From contig NW_027362772.1 in NCBI RefSeq assembly GCF_046119375.1, positions 72,292,001-72,356,000 on the forward strand: 64,000 nucleotides of DNA. Direction: 5' to 3'. Each line of letters begins with the position of its first letter. Position 1 is the first letter of the stretch. The position numbers and the translations under genes are program-made. Below the pieces are notes generated by a model. That model ran no database searches and was not told the DNA's origin. It worked only from the letters and a program-made list of their open reading frames with translations. Positions 1-15,506 of the stretch are shown piece after piece. The DNA comes from Phyllobates terribilis. Its lineage: Eukaryota.

Positions 1-145
1 AGCAGCGTGACAGCTTTATGTATTACCTGGGTCGGGACAGTCCGTGCATTGTGTTCCGATCATGGTCCGATTTATACGTCTGTCTGACTGCACGCTTACA
101 TTTATATGTCATTTGATATCACAAGTCTGTTCTTATATCTGAGAA

Positions 146-712
146 CATCTTTAGGATAGTGGGTACACTTGGTACCAACCACAGGACCCATTGAAGTGCA
201 GGAGGCGCGAAAAGGTCGCCATCCGACATGTGTCTCACAGACTCCCCTGCATCCAAGTTTTAATGTGATACAATAAAGGAACTCTTTTATTGGACAGTGA
301 GTGCCACCTTTTTTCTACTTCTATGGACATCTTTAGGATAGTGGGTACACTTGGCAACAACCACAGGACCCATTGAAGTGCAGGAGGCGCGAAACGGTCG
401 CAATCCGACATGTGTCTCACAGACGCCCCTGAATCCATGTTTCAATGTGATACAATAAAGGAACTTTTTTTATGGGACGGTGAGTGCCACCTTTTTTCTA
501 CTTCTATGGACATCTTTAGGATAGTGGGTACACTTGGCACCAACCACAGGACCTGTTGAAGCACAGGAGGCGTGAAACTGTCGTCTGACATGTGTCTCAC
601 AGACTCCCCTGTATCCATGTGATACAATAAAGGAACTTTTTATGGGACGGTGAGTGCCACCTTTTTTCTACTTCTATGGACATCTTTAGGATGGTGGATA
701 CACTTGGCAACA
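146..712. repeat. Tandem repeat, ~180-bp unit, 3 copies plus a partial
   Basis: CATCTTTAGGATAGTGG recurs at 146, 328, 511 and 681 (periods 182/183/170). ORFs 235..438 and 442..627 are near-duplicates for this reason. Confidence 0.9.
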
Positions 713-2248
713 AAGGTCACACGGCCAAAGTTTTCTGCAAGCGAACGAGGTGGCATTGCGATCCGCAAGGTGCAGTGACTGCAACAAGCGTGTCACAAAA
801 AGTCTGAACCACTTGGATGCCTTGCAACGTGCGGGTTGAGATGAAGCAGAGGTATGCAACGATCTTTTTGCGGTGTCGCAACCAAAGTCGCCATGCATCC
901 CCAGCCTTAAAGGGAGACGTAGAATATAAAATTGCTAACCAAGCAACTACCTAAGGAGAAGAAGCAAACGTGATATAACATAAGCATGCAAAAAAAACTA
1001 ACTACAAAGCAGAAATCCATAGGTTCCAAATTTGCAACGCTTCTTCGAAGAGTGGTGTAAAGTCTGACCCCCTTAACATACAGAACAACGGCGCAACTTT
1101 TTAAAGGAGCCCTCGCTTGCTGATGAAGTTCTGCTTACCTCTGTACAAGACGTAGAGACAGGGGCAGCCTCACAAATGTCTAGTCGATGGCCGGACTCCA
1201 CAGATAGGATGTTATTCTTGCTCCTCTGTCTTTTTCCACCGCACCATGAACTATACAGTAATCCTCTTTTTCAGTTTCAGAGCTCTGTAGTTCCCCAGTG
1301 TCGGCTCAGTAGTGTCTGGCTGTGAGGGTAGTGGCACTGCTAAAAGAGGGGCTGGGACTAGTCTTGTGATTGGGAGTTGTTAGGTGAGGGTCTTACAGGA
1401 GGAAATGGGAGGGGGGCACACACTCCTATGGGAGCAGCACAAGGGGTGCTGGATAATTCAGACAATATGTGTGCGAGAGGTTATTTTTAATACTGGCGAG
1501 AAGTTTTCCTAAAACTTTTTTTTTCCACTTCACAAACTTAAGGAATTTCTGTTTAGCAATAACCTTGACTCCATACTTGGACGGGATTCAGACTGAATAT
1601 TCGACAGCACAGAAAACGTCCCCTGAGTTTTTGCCTTTTTTTTTCCACTTTTTTTTGGATGCCATTCAGACTAGTGTGGTGCAAACATTTTCCCGTTATA
1701 AGATCATTTTGGGGGGGTAGAATGTTAAATTCCTATTTTGTATTGTCTGGTCACATCTGGTTTAACTTGCAAAAGTCTCAGTAATATGATCAGGAAATAA
1801 TAGAAAAGAAATGCGGCTCTAAAAAAAAAAATCATATTTCCTACCTTCTAGAATATAGGAGCCAAAAGGGAAAGAAGGTAGAGGGTAATATGCTGGAGCA
1901 CAAAAGAGAAGTCTCGCTTCGCCATGCTTTACACTGCAGCTCAGAAACTATTCAGGAAGTGAGTGCATGGGCAAATAAGCCTCAATAAAGGAGATTTATG
2001 AAATGTGCAATGGATTGCATCACTTACATTTCGTTGGACCTCAGAAAGTCTGAGAACTTCAGCCCATTGGCAGCCGCCGATTGGCTGCAGTGGTCACATG
2101 GCATAAAAATGTCATGCAATCCCTGGGAGACCCGGTGCCGACTTCACTGGAAAGGCTCCAGTGCGGGAGGTGAGCACCTATTATTTTTATTTTACACTGG
2201 GAAATATAGTATTTAAGAAAGGGGTTGCCCACTACTTGGAGACCTTAA

Positions 2249-2698
2249 AGGGTTATTTACCATCTTCACAAATGGGTATTTGTCGGATAGAGCTTGTAAA
2301 AACAAGCACTTTTGCAATTTACTGCTTATTAAAATTTTCAGCCGTTCTTGAGATATTTACACTTTTCTTTTGCTTACGGCTCGTTGCCTTGGAGACCGAC
2401 CACCGTTGCTAGACAGCAAAACATACTCAGTGCTTACAAGCTCTTTTCTATAAACCATGCAAGTGATATTTTGAAGCCGGCCAGGATCTCTGGAGCACAC
2501 TCTTACCTTCTACTCCAGGCCTGCTTCAGCGCAATGCTTACAAGCTAAGATGGCAGCGGTGGTCGGTCTCCTAGGCAACGAGCAAAGTGTTAATATCTCA
2601 AAAACGGCTGCAAATTTTAAGAAGCAGTAAATTGCAAAAGTGCTTGATTTCACGAGCTCTATCCAACAATATCTATTTATGAAAATGGGAATAATCCC
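2249..2698. mobile_element. T2/Kolobok-type MITE, near-palindromic
   Basis: TTAA on both sides (2245-48, 2699-2702), AGGG...CCCT termini, and ~170-bp inverted arms (GCACTTTTGCAATTTACTGCTT / AAGCAGTAAATTGCAAAAGTGC). Confidence 0.75.
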
Positions 2699-3686
2699 TT
2701 TAAGGCGAGAAATGCATATTGCAAATAAAAATATGCAGATTAGTTCTCTCTAGGAGGAACAAAGACTTAATCGCTGGTGCCACCTTTTGGAGGTAGCACC
2801 CTATAAGCCAGTATATGACCCTTTTACAAGTCATAAACTCATCTGCAGCTGTTTTGGAAGAATTAGACCCCCCCATACCCAGTGTAAAGCAGCGTTTGCC
2901 CCCTGGTGGGTCTGGCTCTTCTTTAGAAGACCACCTGTGCATGAAGTCCTATTGAAGCTCTCACTAATATTAGTCCCTACAATCATAAATTTGCTTAAGG
3001 GCATTGCTATAAGGAATCCAAACCCTGATGAGCAGCTCGTACCCCAAATCTACAGATGGGTGCACTTACACCATGAGGCGTGCATTAATTTTTAATCCAG
3101 TAAAATCTTCCATGTAGGGACTTGTCTATATGTACCGTCATAGGAGACCCAGTGCCCCGAAATATTGCAGAATTATATTATTTATTTCATATATATATAA
3201 ATATAATTTTATGTATCTATTGCGCCACCTGGTGGTGTATGCTGGTATGACCTCCAGCTACAATTATCCCTATAGTTGCACATTGAGTCGCACAGACACT
3301 TTTTTGTCAGGCTCAAAAATGTAAAGAATGACTTTAAAACGCTAATTTATTTATTTTTTTGCAGCAAACAGGGTACACTATGCACCATTATATTGTGACA
3401 TGCAATAAAAAAGTGCACTCCGCAGTAAGACAAGTCTTCTTTTGAGCTATGTGACAAGTGACTGTAGCAGCAATTCTCTGGCATGGTAGACCGGCGGGGG
3501 GACTCTGCATTCTTTGTGACATTTGTAGTTACAGTATATGCAGCATGTGGCCAACAGATCATAGGATGTGAGGGAAAGCGTGAGAGTTATGCCGCAGTGT
3601 GCAGATCTGACCTGACCTATTCCCACAGTAAATCACAAGCAATCACTCAATTTTTTAGGGTAGGTCAGGTGCACACGGGTTATACA

Positions 3687-7400
<3,714 letters not shown>

Positions 7401-7402
7401 TA

Positions 7403-8555
7403 CACTGTGTGCAGAATTATTAGGCAAGTTGTGTTTTAGAGGATTATTTTTATTATTGATCAACAACTATGTTCTCAATCAACCCAAAAGACTCATAAAT
7501 ATCCGAGTTTAATATTTTTGGAAGTTTGAGTGTTTTTTTTTTTAGATTTGGCTATCTTAGGAGGATATCTGTTTGTGCAGGTAACTATTACTGTGCAGAA
7601 TTATTAGGCAACTTAATAAAAACCAAATATAATCCCATCTCACTTGTTTATTTTCACCAGGTAAACCAATATCAGTGCACAAAATTTAGACATAAACATT
7701 TCTGACATGCAAAAACCAAAACCAAAAGAATTAGTGATCAATATAGCCACCTTTCTTAATGATGACACTCAACAGCCTTCCATCCATAGATTCTGTCAGT
7801 TGCTTGATCTGTTTTCGATCAACATTGCATGCAGCAGCCACCACAGCCTCCCAGACACTGTTCCGAGAGGTGTACTGTTTTCCCTCCCTGTAGATCTCAC
7901 ATTTTATGATGGACCACAGGTTCTCTATGGGGTTCAGATCAGGTGAACAAGGGGGCCATGTCATTATTTTTTCTTCTTTTAGACCTTTACTGGCCAGCCA
8001 CGCTGTGGAGTAGTTGGATGCATGTGATGGAGCATTGTCCTGCACGAAAATCATGTTTTTCTTGAACGATACCGACTTCTTCCTGTACCACTGCTTGAAG
8101 AAGTTGTGTTCCAGAAACTGGCAGTAGGTCTGGGAGTTGAGCTTCACTCCATCCTCAACCCGAAAAGGTCCCACAAGTTCATCTTTGATGATACCAGCCC
8201 ATACCAGTACCCCACCTCCACCTTGCTGGCGTCTGAGTCGGAGTGGAGCTCTCTGCCCTTTACTGATCCAGCCTCTGGCCCATCCATCTGGCCCATTAAG
8301 AGTCACTCTCATTTCATCAGTCCATAAAACCTTTGAAAAATCAGTCTTAAGATATTTCTTGGCCCATTCTTGACGTTTTATCTCATGTTTCTTGTTCAAA
8401 GGTGGTCGTTTTTCAGCCTTCCTTACCTTGGCCATGTCCCTGAGTATCGCACACCTTGTGCTTTTTGATACTCCAGTAGCATTGCAGCTCTGAAATATGG
8501 CAAAACTGGTGGCGAATGGCATCTTGGCAGCTTCACGCTTGATTTTCCTCAATTA
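7403..8555 (-). mobile_element. Tc1-superfamily DD37E (TRT-like) transposon, 3' two-thirds
   Basis: Open 273-codon frame 7731..8552 with WTDE...QDNAPSH...SPDLNPIE; I count 37 residues between the second D and E. Terminus TA|CACTGTGTGCAGAATTATTAGGCAA at 7401-7427, with an internal direct repeat near 7590. Confidence 0.85.
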
Positions 8556-8565
8556 TTAGGAAATA

Positions 8566-9130
8566 ATGTTATCAGTCATTGTACAGGAGGAGGAGGTGAG
8601 CTGTGATAACACAGCCTCCAGCATTCACAATAGGTGATATCACAGCTCACCTCCTCCTCCTGTACAATGACTGTTAACACCTCTATACAGTAGATAACAC
8701 TGATAACACCTCTATATACAGTAGATAACACAGCCTCCATAATTCACAAAAGGTGATGTCACAGCTCACTTCCTCCTGTACAATGACTGATAACACCTCT
8801 ATATACAGTAGATAACACAGCCTCCATCATTCACAATAGGTGATATCTACTGTATATAGAGGTGTTATCAGTCATTGTACAGGAGGAGGAGGTGAACTGT
8901 GACATCACCTATTGTGAATGATGGAGGCTGTGTTATCTACTGTATATAGAGGTGTTATCAGTCATTGTACAGGAGGAGGAGGTGAGCTGTGACATCACCT
9001 ATTGTGAATGATGGAGGCTGTGTTATCTACTGTATATAGAGGTGTTATCAGTCGTTGTACAGGAGGAGGAAGTGAGCTGTGACATCACCTTTTGTGAATG
9101 ATGGAGGCTGTGTTATCTAATGTATATAAA
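8566..9130. repeat. 90-bp minisatellite containing an inverted block
   Basis: The unit TGTTATCTACTGTATATAGAGG...TGACATCACCTATTGTGAATG repeats at 8931 and 9021. Segment 8611-8846 is in reverse orientation. Confidence 0.9.
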
Positions 9131-9142
9131 TCTGTTATACTA

Positions 9143-9270
9143 TTTCCAGTGCCCTCAGCACTTCCAGTTCTTCCAGTTCTCCCAGTGCCCTCAGCATTTC
9201 CAGTCCTCCTGGTGCCCCCAGCGCTCTCAGTGCTCCCAATGCTCTTAGTGCTCCCAGTGCCCCCAGCGTC
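9143..9270. repeat. Short inverted copy of the 13.8-15.0 kb GC-rich minisatellite
   Basis: CCAGTGCCCTCAGCACTTCCAG / CAGTGCTCCC motifs are the reverse complement of the GGGAGCACTGG subunits at 13810-14990. Confidence 0.7.
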
Positions 9271-10514
9271 GGTATTCTCAAAATCACAGGTTATTTCCTA
9301 TCCAAGGAGATCCACAGTCCACAGTGATCCCAAATGGAGCCATGCTCGACCTTCGCTCCATTCATTGGCTGTTCCGCTCCACCATCTCCATTTCTCCACT
9401 TTTCCGCTGTAATTTCCTCCATTTTTTACTTTCTTTAGTATTTTTGCCTTATTCTCTATACTTTTTGCGTCACTTTATAATTTGTCTTTCTTTTTTCAAG
9501 TTTTTTTTTTTTCATTTTTATTTTCCTTGAACAACTTTGCTTATCCACATCCATGAAATCTTTTTTGGCACATCTTGCAAATTTCAAATTGTTTTATTTC
9601 TTTTTATTTTTTAGACAAACATGCAACTTTTTAAAGTGTTTGCAACGTGTGCTAAAAAGTTGCAAAAAATTGGTAAAAGACCAAACAAAAAAGAACATGT
9701 TTTATATTTTCCTACATTCTTGAATCGTGTTATTTCAAAGAATTTGGTGCAAAAAAAACAAGAAATCGCAAATTATGTCTATGAGCCTGCCTTAGAAAGC
9801 TGAAGGCAGGGCTCTACTATTTCTGGCAGATCCTTCGAAAATGAATCAAGTGGAGGCCAAGTTTGTGGAGCGCCGCTCCTTTCAAGAATGGGTTTTGGAG
9901 CCCCTTTCTCGAGATCGTTGGGAGTCCCAGCGGTCAGACCCTCAGTGATCACTTAGTTGTCATCTATCCTGTGAAAAGAAGATAAGTTGCAATTTTTGAA
10001 AATCACATTATGTGCCCCAGTCAAATTCAAAGTGCGTTTTTTTTGCTGTTTCATCATTTGCAACTTTTTGAAAAGGCAGAAATGTTTTCGCAAATGTTCT
10101 CCCATCCCCCCCGTCCCACACCTTAGAGTGATTTTTATGTACTGCTGAAATTTGGTGCAACATTTTAGTGGAGCGTTCAAATTTTTGCAAAACAATTTAA
10201 AGGCAAAAATAAAGAGGATTTTTTTTTATTTTGTGTAACATTCAAAAAATAGTGTTTGGCATTTTGATTAATTTGGCGCAAAAAAAAAAGTCAGTGAATA
10301 ATACAAGACTGAAAAAGAAAAGTGACTCATAAAAATCGCAAATGATGGAAAGGGGCCACAAAGCGCTTCCCTTACCAGCCACAAAATTTCTAGTCCCCCT
10401 AGGAGGGAGCTGACTGAAACTGATGTCTCCAATATTTTCAGTGGACTACTATGTCCGAGAAAAAAAACGGACATGTGCACAGCCCTATAGAATATTATAG
10501 GTACGAGTGCTCCC

Positions 10515-12230
10515 CGAAGAGCACCACTCCCCAAAACTTCTCTCACCACCATTGATTCAGGACATTGTCAGGGAGTGGTGCTCTTCACTCCCCACAGCTT
10601 CTTTCACTGTCACTGATTTGGGACATCGTCAAGGAGTGGTGCTCTTCACTCCCCAAAGCTTCTCGCACCACCACTGATTTAGGACATCGTCAGTGAGTGG
10701 TGCTCTTCACTCCCCAAAGCTTCTCTCACCACCACGATTTGGGACATCGTCAGGGAGTGGTGCTCTTCACTCCCTAAAGCTTCTCTCACCACCACTGATT
10801 TGGGACATCGTCAGGGAGTGGTGCTCTTCACTTCCCAAAGCTTCTCTCACCACCACTGATTTGGGACATCGTCAGGGAGTGGTGCTCTTCACTCCCCAAA
10901 GCTTCTCTCACCACCACTGATTTGGGACATCGTCAGGGAGTGGTGCTCTTCACTCCCTAAAACTTCTCTCACCACCACTGATTTGTGACATCGTCAGGGA
11001 GTGGTGCTCTTCACTCCCTAAAGCTTCTCTCACCACCACTGATTTGGGACATCGTCAGGGAGTGGTGCTCTTCACTTCCCAAAGCTTCTCTCACCACCAC
11101 TGATTTGGGACATCGTCAGGGAGTGGTGCTCTTCACTCCATAAAGCTTCTCTCACCACCACTGATTTGGGACATCGTCAGGGAGTGGTGCTCTTCACTCC
11201 CCAAAGCTTCTCGCACCACCACTGATTTGGGACATCGTCAGTGAGTGGTGCTCTTCACTCCCCAAAGCTTCTTTCACCGCCACTGATTTGGGACATCGTC
11301 AGGGAATGGTGCTCTTCACTCCCCAAAGCTTCTCTCACCACCACTGATTCGGGACATCGTCAGGGAGTGGTGCTCTTCACTCCGCAAAGTTCTATCACCA
11401 CCACTGATTCGGGACATCGTCAGTGAGTGGTGCTCTTCACTCCCCAAAGCTTCTCTCACCATCACTGATTTGGGACATCGTAAGGGAGTGGTGCTCTTCA
11501 CTCCCCAAAGCTTCTCTCACCACCACTGATTCGGGAGATCATCAGTGAGAAGTGCTCTTCACTCCCCAAAGCTTCTCTCACCACCACTGATACCGGACAT
11601 CGTCAGTGAGTGGTGCTCTTCACTCCCAATAGCTTCTTTCACCATCACTGATTCGGGACATCCTAAGGAAGTGGCACGGTGTCACTCCCCACAGCTTCTT
11701 TCACCACCATTGAGTCGGGACATCATCATAGTGCAGCGGCGTCACTCCCCACAGCTTCTTCGATTCGGGACATAATCAGAGAGTGGCGCTGCTTCACTCC
11801 CCACAGCTTCCTTCATTGCCATTGATTCAGAACATCTTCATGGAGTGGTGCTACATCCTGCCCCACTGCTTCTTTCACCACCACTGATTTGGGACATCAT
11901 CAGGGAATGGTGCTGTTCACTCCCCACCGCTTTTTTGACTACCACTGATTCGGGACATCATCAGGGAGTGGCGTGGCATCTCGCCCCACAGCTTCTTTAA
12001 TCTCCACTGATTTGGGACATCATGAGGGAGTGGTGTTCTTCACTCCCCACAGCTTTTTTCACTGCCACTGATTCAGGACATCATTGGGAAGTGGCAGGGT
12101 GTCACGCCCCAGTTTCTTTCACCGCCAGCCTCCTGATGAAGTCCAATTTCATGGTGGTGAAAGAATCTGTGGGGAGTGACAATACCGCCAGCCCCCTGAT
12201 AATGCTTCGTCTCAGAATCCCCAGTGCATG
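10515..12230. repeat. 61-bp tandem array, ~27 units
   Basis: CAGGGAGTGGTGCTCTTCACTCCCCAAAGCTTCTCTCACCACCACTGATTTGGGACATCGT starts at 10751, 10812, 10873 and onward. Units diverge progressively to the right. Confidence 0.97.
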
Positions 12231-12395
12231 CTGGAAGACTGAAACAGAACGTCACTGGAAGTAAAATCAAGAAACAGACTGAGGGGTTTCTCCTATAGAG
12301 AAACTAGTAAGGAAATTCCAAATAAGGCAAATTACAAAAGTGATTATATTATAAAGATACTTAAATAGTATTAGGTATCGGACTACCCTTTAACC

Positions 12396-12610
12396 TGTGA
12401 TGTCACAGCAGCTCGGAAACCCATTTGTGATGTCACAGTAGCTCACCTGATGGAATTCTGTGCATGAATCTGATTCATGATGTCACAGTAGCTTACCTAA
12501 AGAAATCCTATGTACGTATGATTCTGATTCATGATGTCACAGTGGTTTACGTGTAACATGAACTCTCCTGTGATGTCACAGTAGTTTAAAATCATTTATG
12601 ATGTCACAGC
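12396..12610. repeat. Six TGATGTCACAG motifs separated by dissimilar spacers
   Basis: Copies at 12398, 12428, 12478, 12532, 12571 and 12599. Confidence 0.8.
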
Positions 12611-13809
12611 CGCTTACCAGGCTGAAAATGACTTATCTGAGACGCTATTATAGAAGTTTGACTTTTCATTTCTTGATGAAAATTCTAAAAAATGAGATCA
12701 GATTCCTAAAGGAGCAGGACATCCTTCATATTCCATCATCTAGGACCTCGGCTTTTACCGAGATTTGCCTTTTTTGTCACTTATACAGCTTTACAAAATC
12801 CTCTGTCTATAGCAGATCCGGGTGTTATATCATATGCTGTGCATTTAATGGCTGCTTATAATCATTATCATCAAGGTTACAGCAGTTAATCAAGTGCTTG
12901 ACATTAATTTCCTCCATGATCATTTCCAGGCTGTACCTTCATAAAATAAGATGCAGTAAAAGGTCTCTTCCATGTAATGAGGGAAACCCAATATATTAAC
13001 GTGTGGTGGCAGATTTCTGTGCATCGGGTCTCCTAGGTCAGCAGTATTTATCACTGAGATGTTCTGCCCTTTACAATAATATCTGCAGGTTCATGAAATA
13101 TGGACCCAACTGAGCGGAGAATAAATAACTGCAATCCCGTGCATCCCATGGTGACATGTGTGTGAACCCTTCCCATTTATCCGTCATCTCCGGCATTGTT
13201 GCTTTGGATCCAATGACAGCGACATCAGCATGGAGAACACGTGTCCTTCTTAAAGGTAATGTGTCATCAGGAAATCAGACCTAATCTTTAAATCAGACTT
13301 CTTATGTTAAAGGAGTTTTCTCATTATTGTAAAGTGTTTGTAAAAACGAGAAACTTTGCAATTTTCTTCTTATTAAAAATCCTCTCCATTCTTAAAAAAG
13401 GAAGGCTATTTAATTCTATAGTGTACAGCTCTTTGCCCTGGATACCGGCCACCTCTGCAGTCTGTCAGCAGTGGCCGGTTTTCTAGATAAGAATTGCCCG
13501 CTTGCGAGCTCTGTTCTGAAGCTGTCAGGATCACTAGATCCAGCCTGTGCGTCTTCCAACATTTTGAAAGAGCATCGTTCGGGCCAAAGGTACGACCATG
13601 CCGCTGCACCATTGTACCAATTTTTTGTTCATTCTTCATATCAATATATTTAAAAAAAAAAACAAAAAAAACAAAACAGAAATCTTGCAATTTTTACACT
13701 GTCCTATAGATCTTATACTATTTATACTATTTCTTGCAATTAATATTTCCTATTCTATACAGACAGACTTTTTCAGTGGATCACAGACAGGATTGCAGAC
13801 AGCGCACTG

Positions 13810-14990
13810 AGAGCTCTGGGGGGCTGGCAGCACAGGGGGCACTGGAAATGCTGGGGGCACTGGGAGCTCTATGGGCACTCAAAGTGCTGGGAGCATTGGG
13901 GGCACAGGGAGCACTGGAGGCATTGAGAGTGCTGGAGGAACTGGAAGGGATGGCGGAACTGGGAGCACTGGGGGCGTTGGGAGCCCTGGGATCACTGCGA
14001 GTCCTTGGGGGTGCTGGGAGCACTGGAAGTGCTGGAGGCACTGGGAGCTCTGGGAGCACTGGGGCACAGGGAGCACTGGAGGCATTGGGAGTGCTGGAGG
14101 AACTGGAAGGGATGGCGGAACTGGGAGCACTGGGGGCGTTGGGAGCCCTGGGATCACTGCGAGTCCTTGGGGGTGCTGGGAGCACTGGAAGTGCTGGAGG
14201 CACTGGGAGCTCTGGGGGCACTGGGTGCACAGGGAGCACTGGAGGCATTGGGAGTGCTGGAGGAACTGGAAGTGATGGGGGAACTGGGAGCACTGCAAGT
14301 CCTTGGGGGTGCTGGGAGCACTGGAAGTGCTGGAGGCACTGGGAGCGCTGGGGGCACTAGGAGCTCTAGGGGCACTCAAAATGCTGGGAGCACTGGGGCA
14401 CAGGGAGCACTGGAGGCATTGGGAGTGCTGGAGGAACTGGAAGCGATGGCGGAACTCGGAGCACTGGGGGCGTTGGGAGCCCTGGGATCACTGCGAGTCC
14501 TTGGGGGTGCTGGGAGCACTGGAACTGCTGGAGGCACTGGGAGCTCTAGGGGCACCCAAAATGCTGGGAGCACTGGGTGCACAGGGAACACTGAGTGCAC
14601 AGGGAGCACTGGAGGCATTGGGAGTGCTAGAGGAACAGGGAGCACTGGGAGCCCTGGAAGCGCTGGGAACACTGGGGGCACTGCAAGTCCTTGGGGGTGC
14701 TGGAAGCACTGGAAGAGCTGGAGGCACTGGGAGCTCTGGGGGCACTGGGAGCTCTAGGGGCACTGGGAGCTCTGGGGGCACTCAAAGTACTGGGGGCACA
14801 GGGAGCACTGGAGCCATTGGGAGTGCTGGAGGAACTGGAAGGAATGGGGGAACTGGGAGCACTGGGGGTGCTGGGAGCCCTGAAAGCGTTGGGATAACTG
14901 GGGGCACTGCGAGTCCTTGGGGGTGCTGGGAGCACTGGAAGTGCTGGAGGCACTTTGAGCGCTGAGGGCACTAGGAGTCCTGGGGCCACT
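13810..14990. repeat. GC-rich minisatellite of ~9-bp subunits (GGGAGCACT/GGAGGCACT) with a higher-order repeat
   Basis: Landmark CAGGGAGCACTGGAG recurs at 13905, 14067, 14230, 14401, 14600 and 14799 (periods 162/163/171/199/199). Confidence 0.95.
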
Positions 14991-15339
14991 GGGGGGGCGG
15001 CTTTTGGGACCCTGTAGATAGCACAATGGATGTTTCCGGGGGACGCATCGATGGCACTGGGGTCTTTGCGGCGGGTTCCCTTTTTGGCATTGCTTGGGAA
15101 GACTGTGGGTCTGAAGGGGAATGTAAGTGCCACCTTAATATCGACATTTTGTAGCTGTTCTCAGCACAGCCTGGCATGAATTATGAATAATGCCACCTAC
15201 TTCCCGGACTTATCATTTACAGCTCCAGTGATTATTACTAGTTTGCTGAGCTCTTCCTCCTTCCCTGCCATGATTCATGCAGTGCAGCAGTCCCCAACAG
15301 CTGCTCAGACAACGTTACATAATCAGCGCACAGCCTGAA

Positions 15340-15506
15340 ATAATCCGCGTCTTCTGCTGCCCCCAGGCGGAAATCTGTAGGAACTGCAAAAACAACTGCA
15401 TCACACGCATGCGCACAGAAGCTAGCTAGCCCAGAAACTTCTCTGCCTGGTGGTGAGTGCTTCTTGTCCATTGCAAGGAGAGGAGGAAGCTGAAGGTTTG
15501 GTGAGT
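15340..15506 (+). promoter_or_regulatory. POLR2L: Probable POLR2L promoter and non-coding first exon with two alternative donors
   Basis: NRF1-type GCATGCGC (~15407) and GGCGGAAAT (~15366). GTGAGT donors at 15453 and 15501. A splice acceptor (TTTTTTTCACCGGTGCAG) lies 1 nt before the ATG at 16857. Inferred, with no transcript evidence. Confidence 0.55.

Noticed and set aside
1138-1250. Candidate minus-strand exon ending in AG|GTAAGC
   Set aside because: The acceptor is weak, the translation is unrecognisable and there are no partner exons. Such donors occur by chance.
10690-11500. CTGACGA on the minus strand of the 61-bp unit as a satellite hammerhead
   Set aside because: There is no stem II and GAAA appears only in some variant units. 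No stem I or III can be drawn.
10515-12610. CRISPR-like appearance of the hairpin array and the repeat-spacer cluster
   Set aside because: The context is eukaryotic, there are no cas genes, the 61-bp array has no unique spacers, and the 11-bp motif is too short with irregular spacing.
13734-15133. Gly/Ala/Ser- or Pro-rich ORFs resembling a silk, mucin or glue protein
   Set aside because: They are open on both strands and in several frames at once. Higher-order periods of 163 and 199 bp shift the frame, and there is no signal peptide or credible exon context. Minisatellite artefact.
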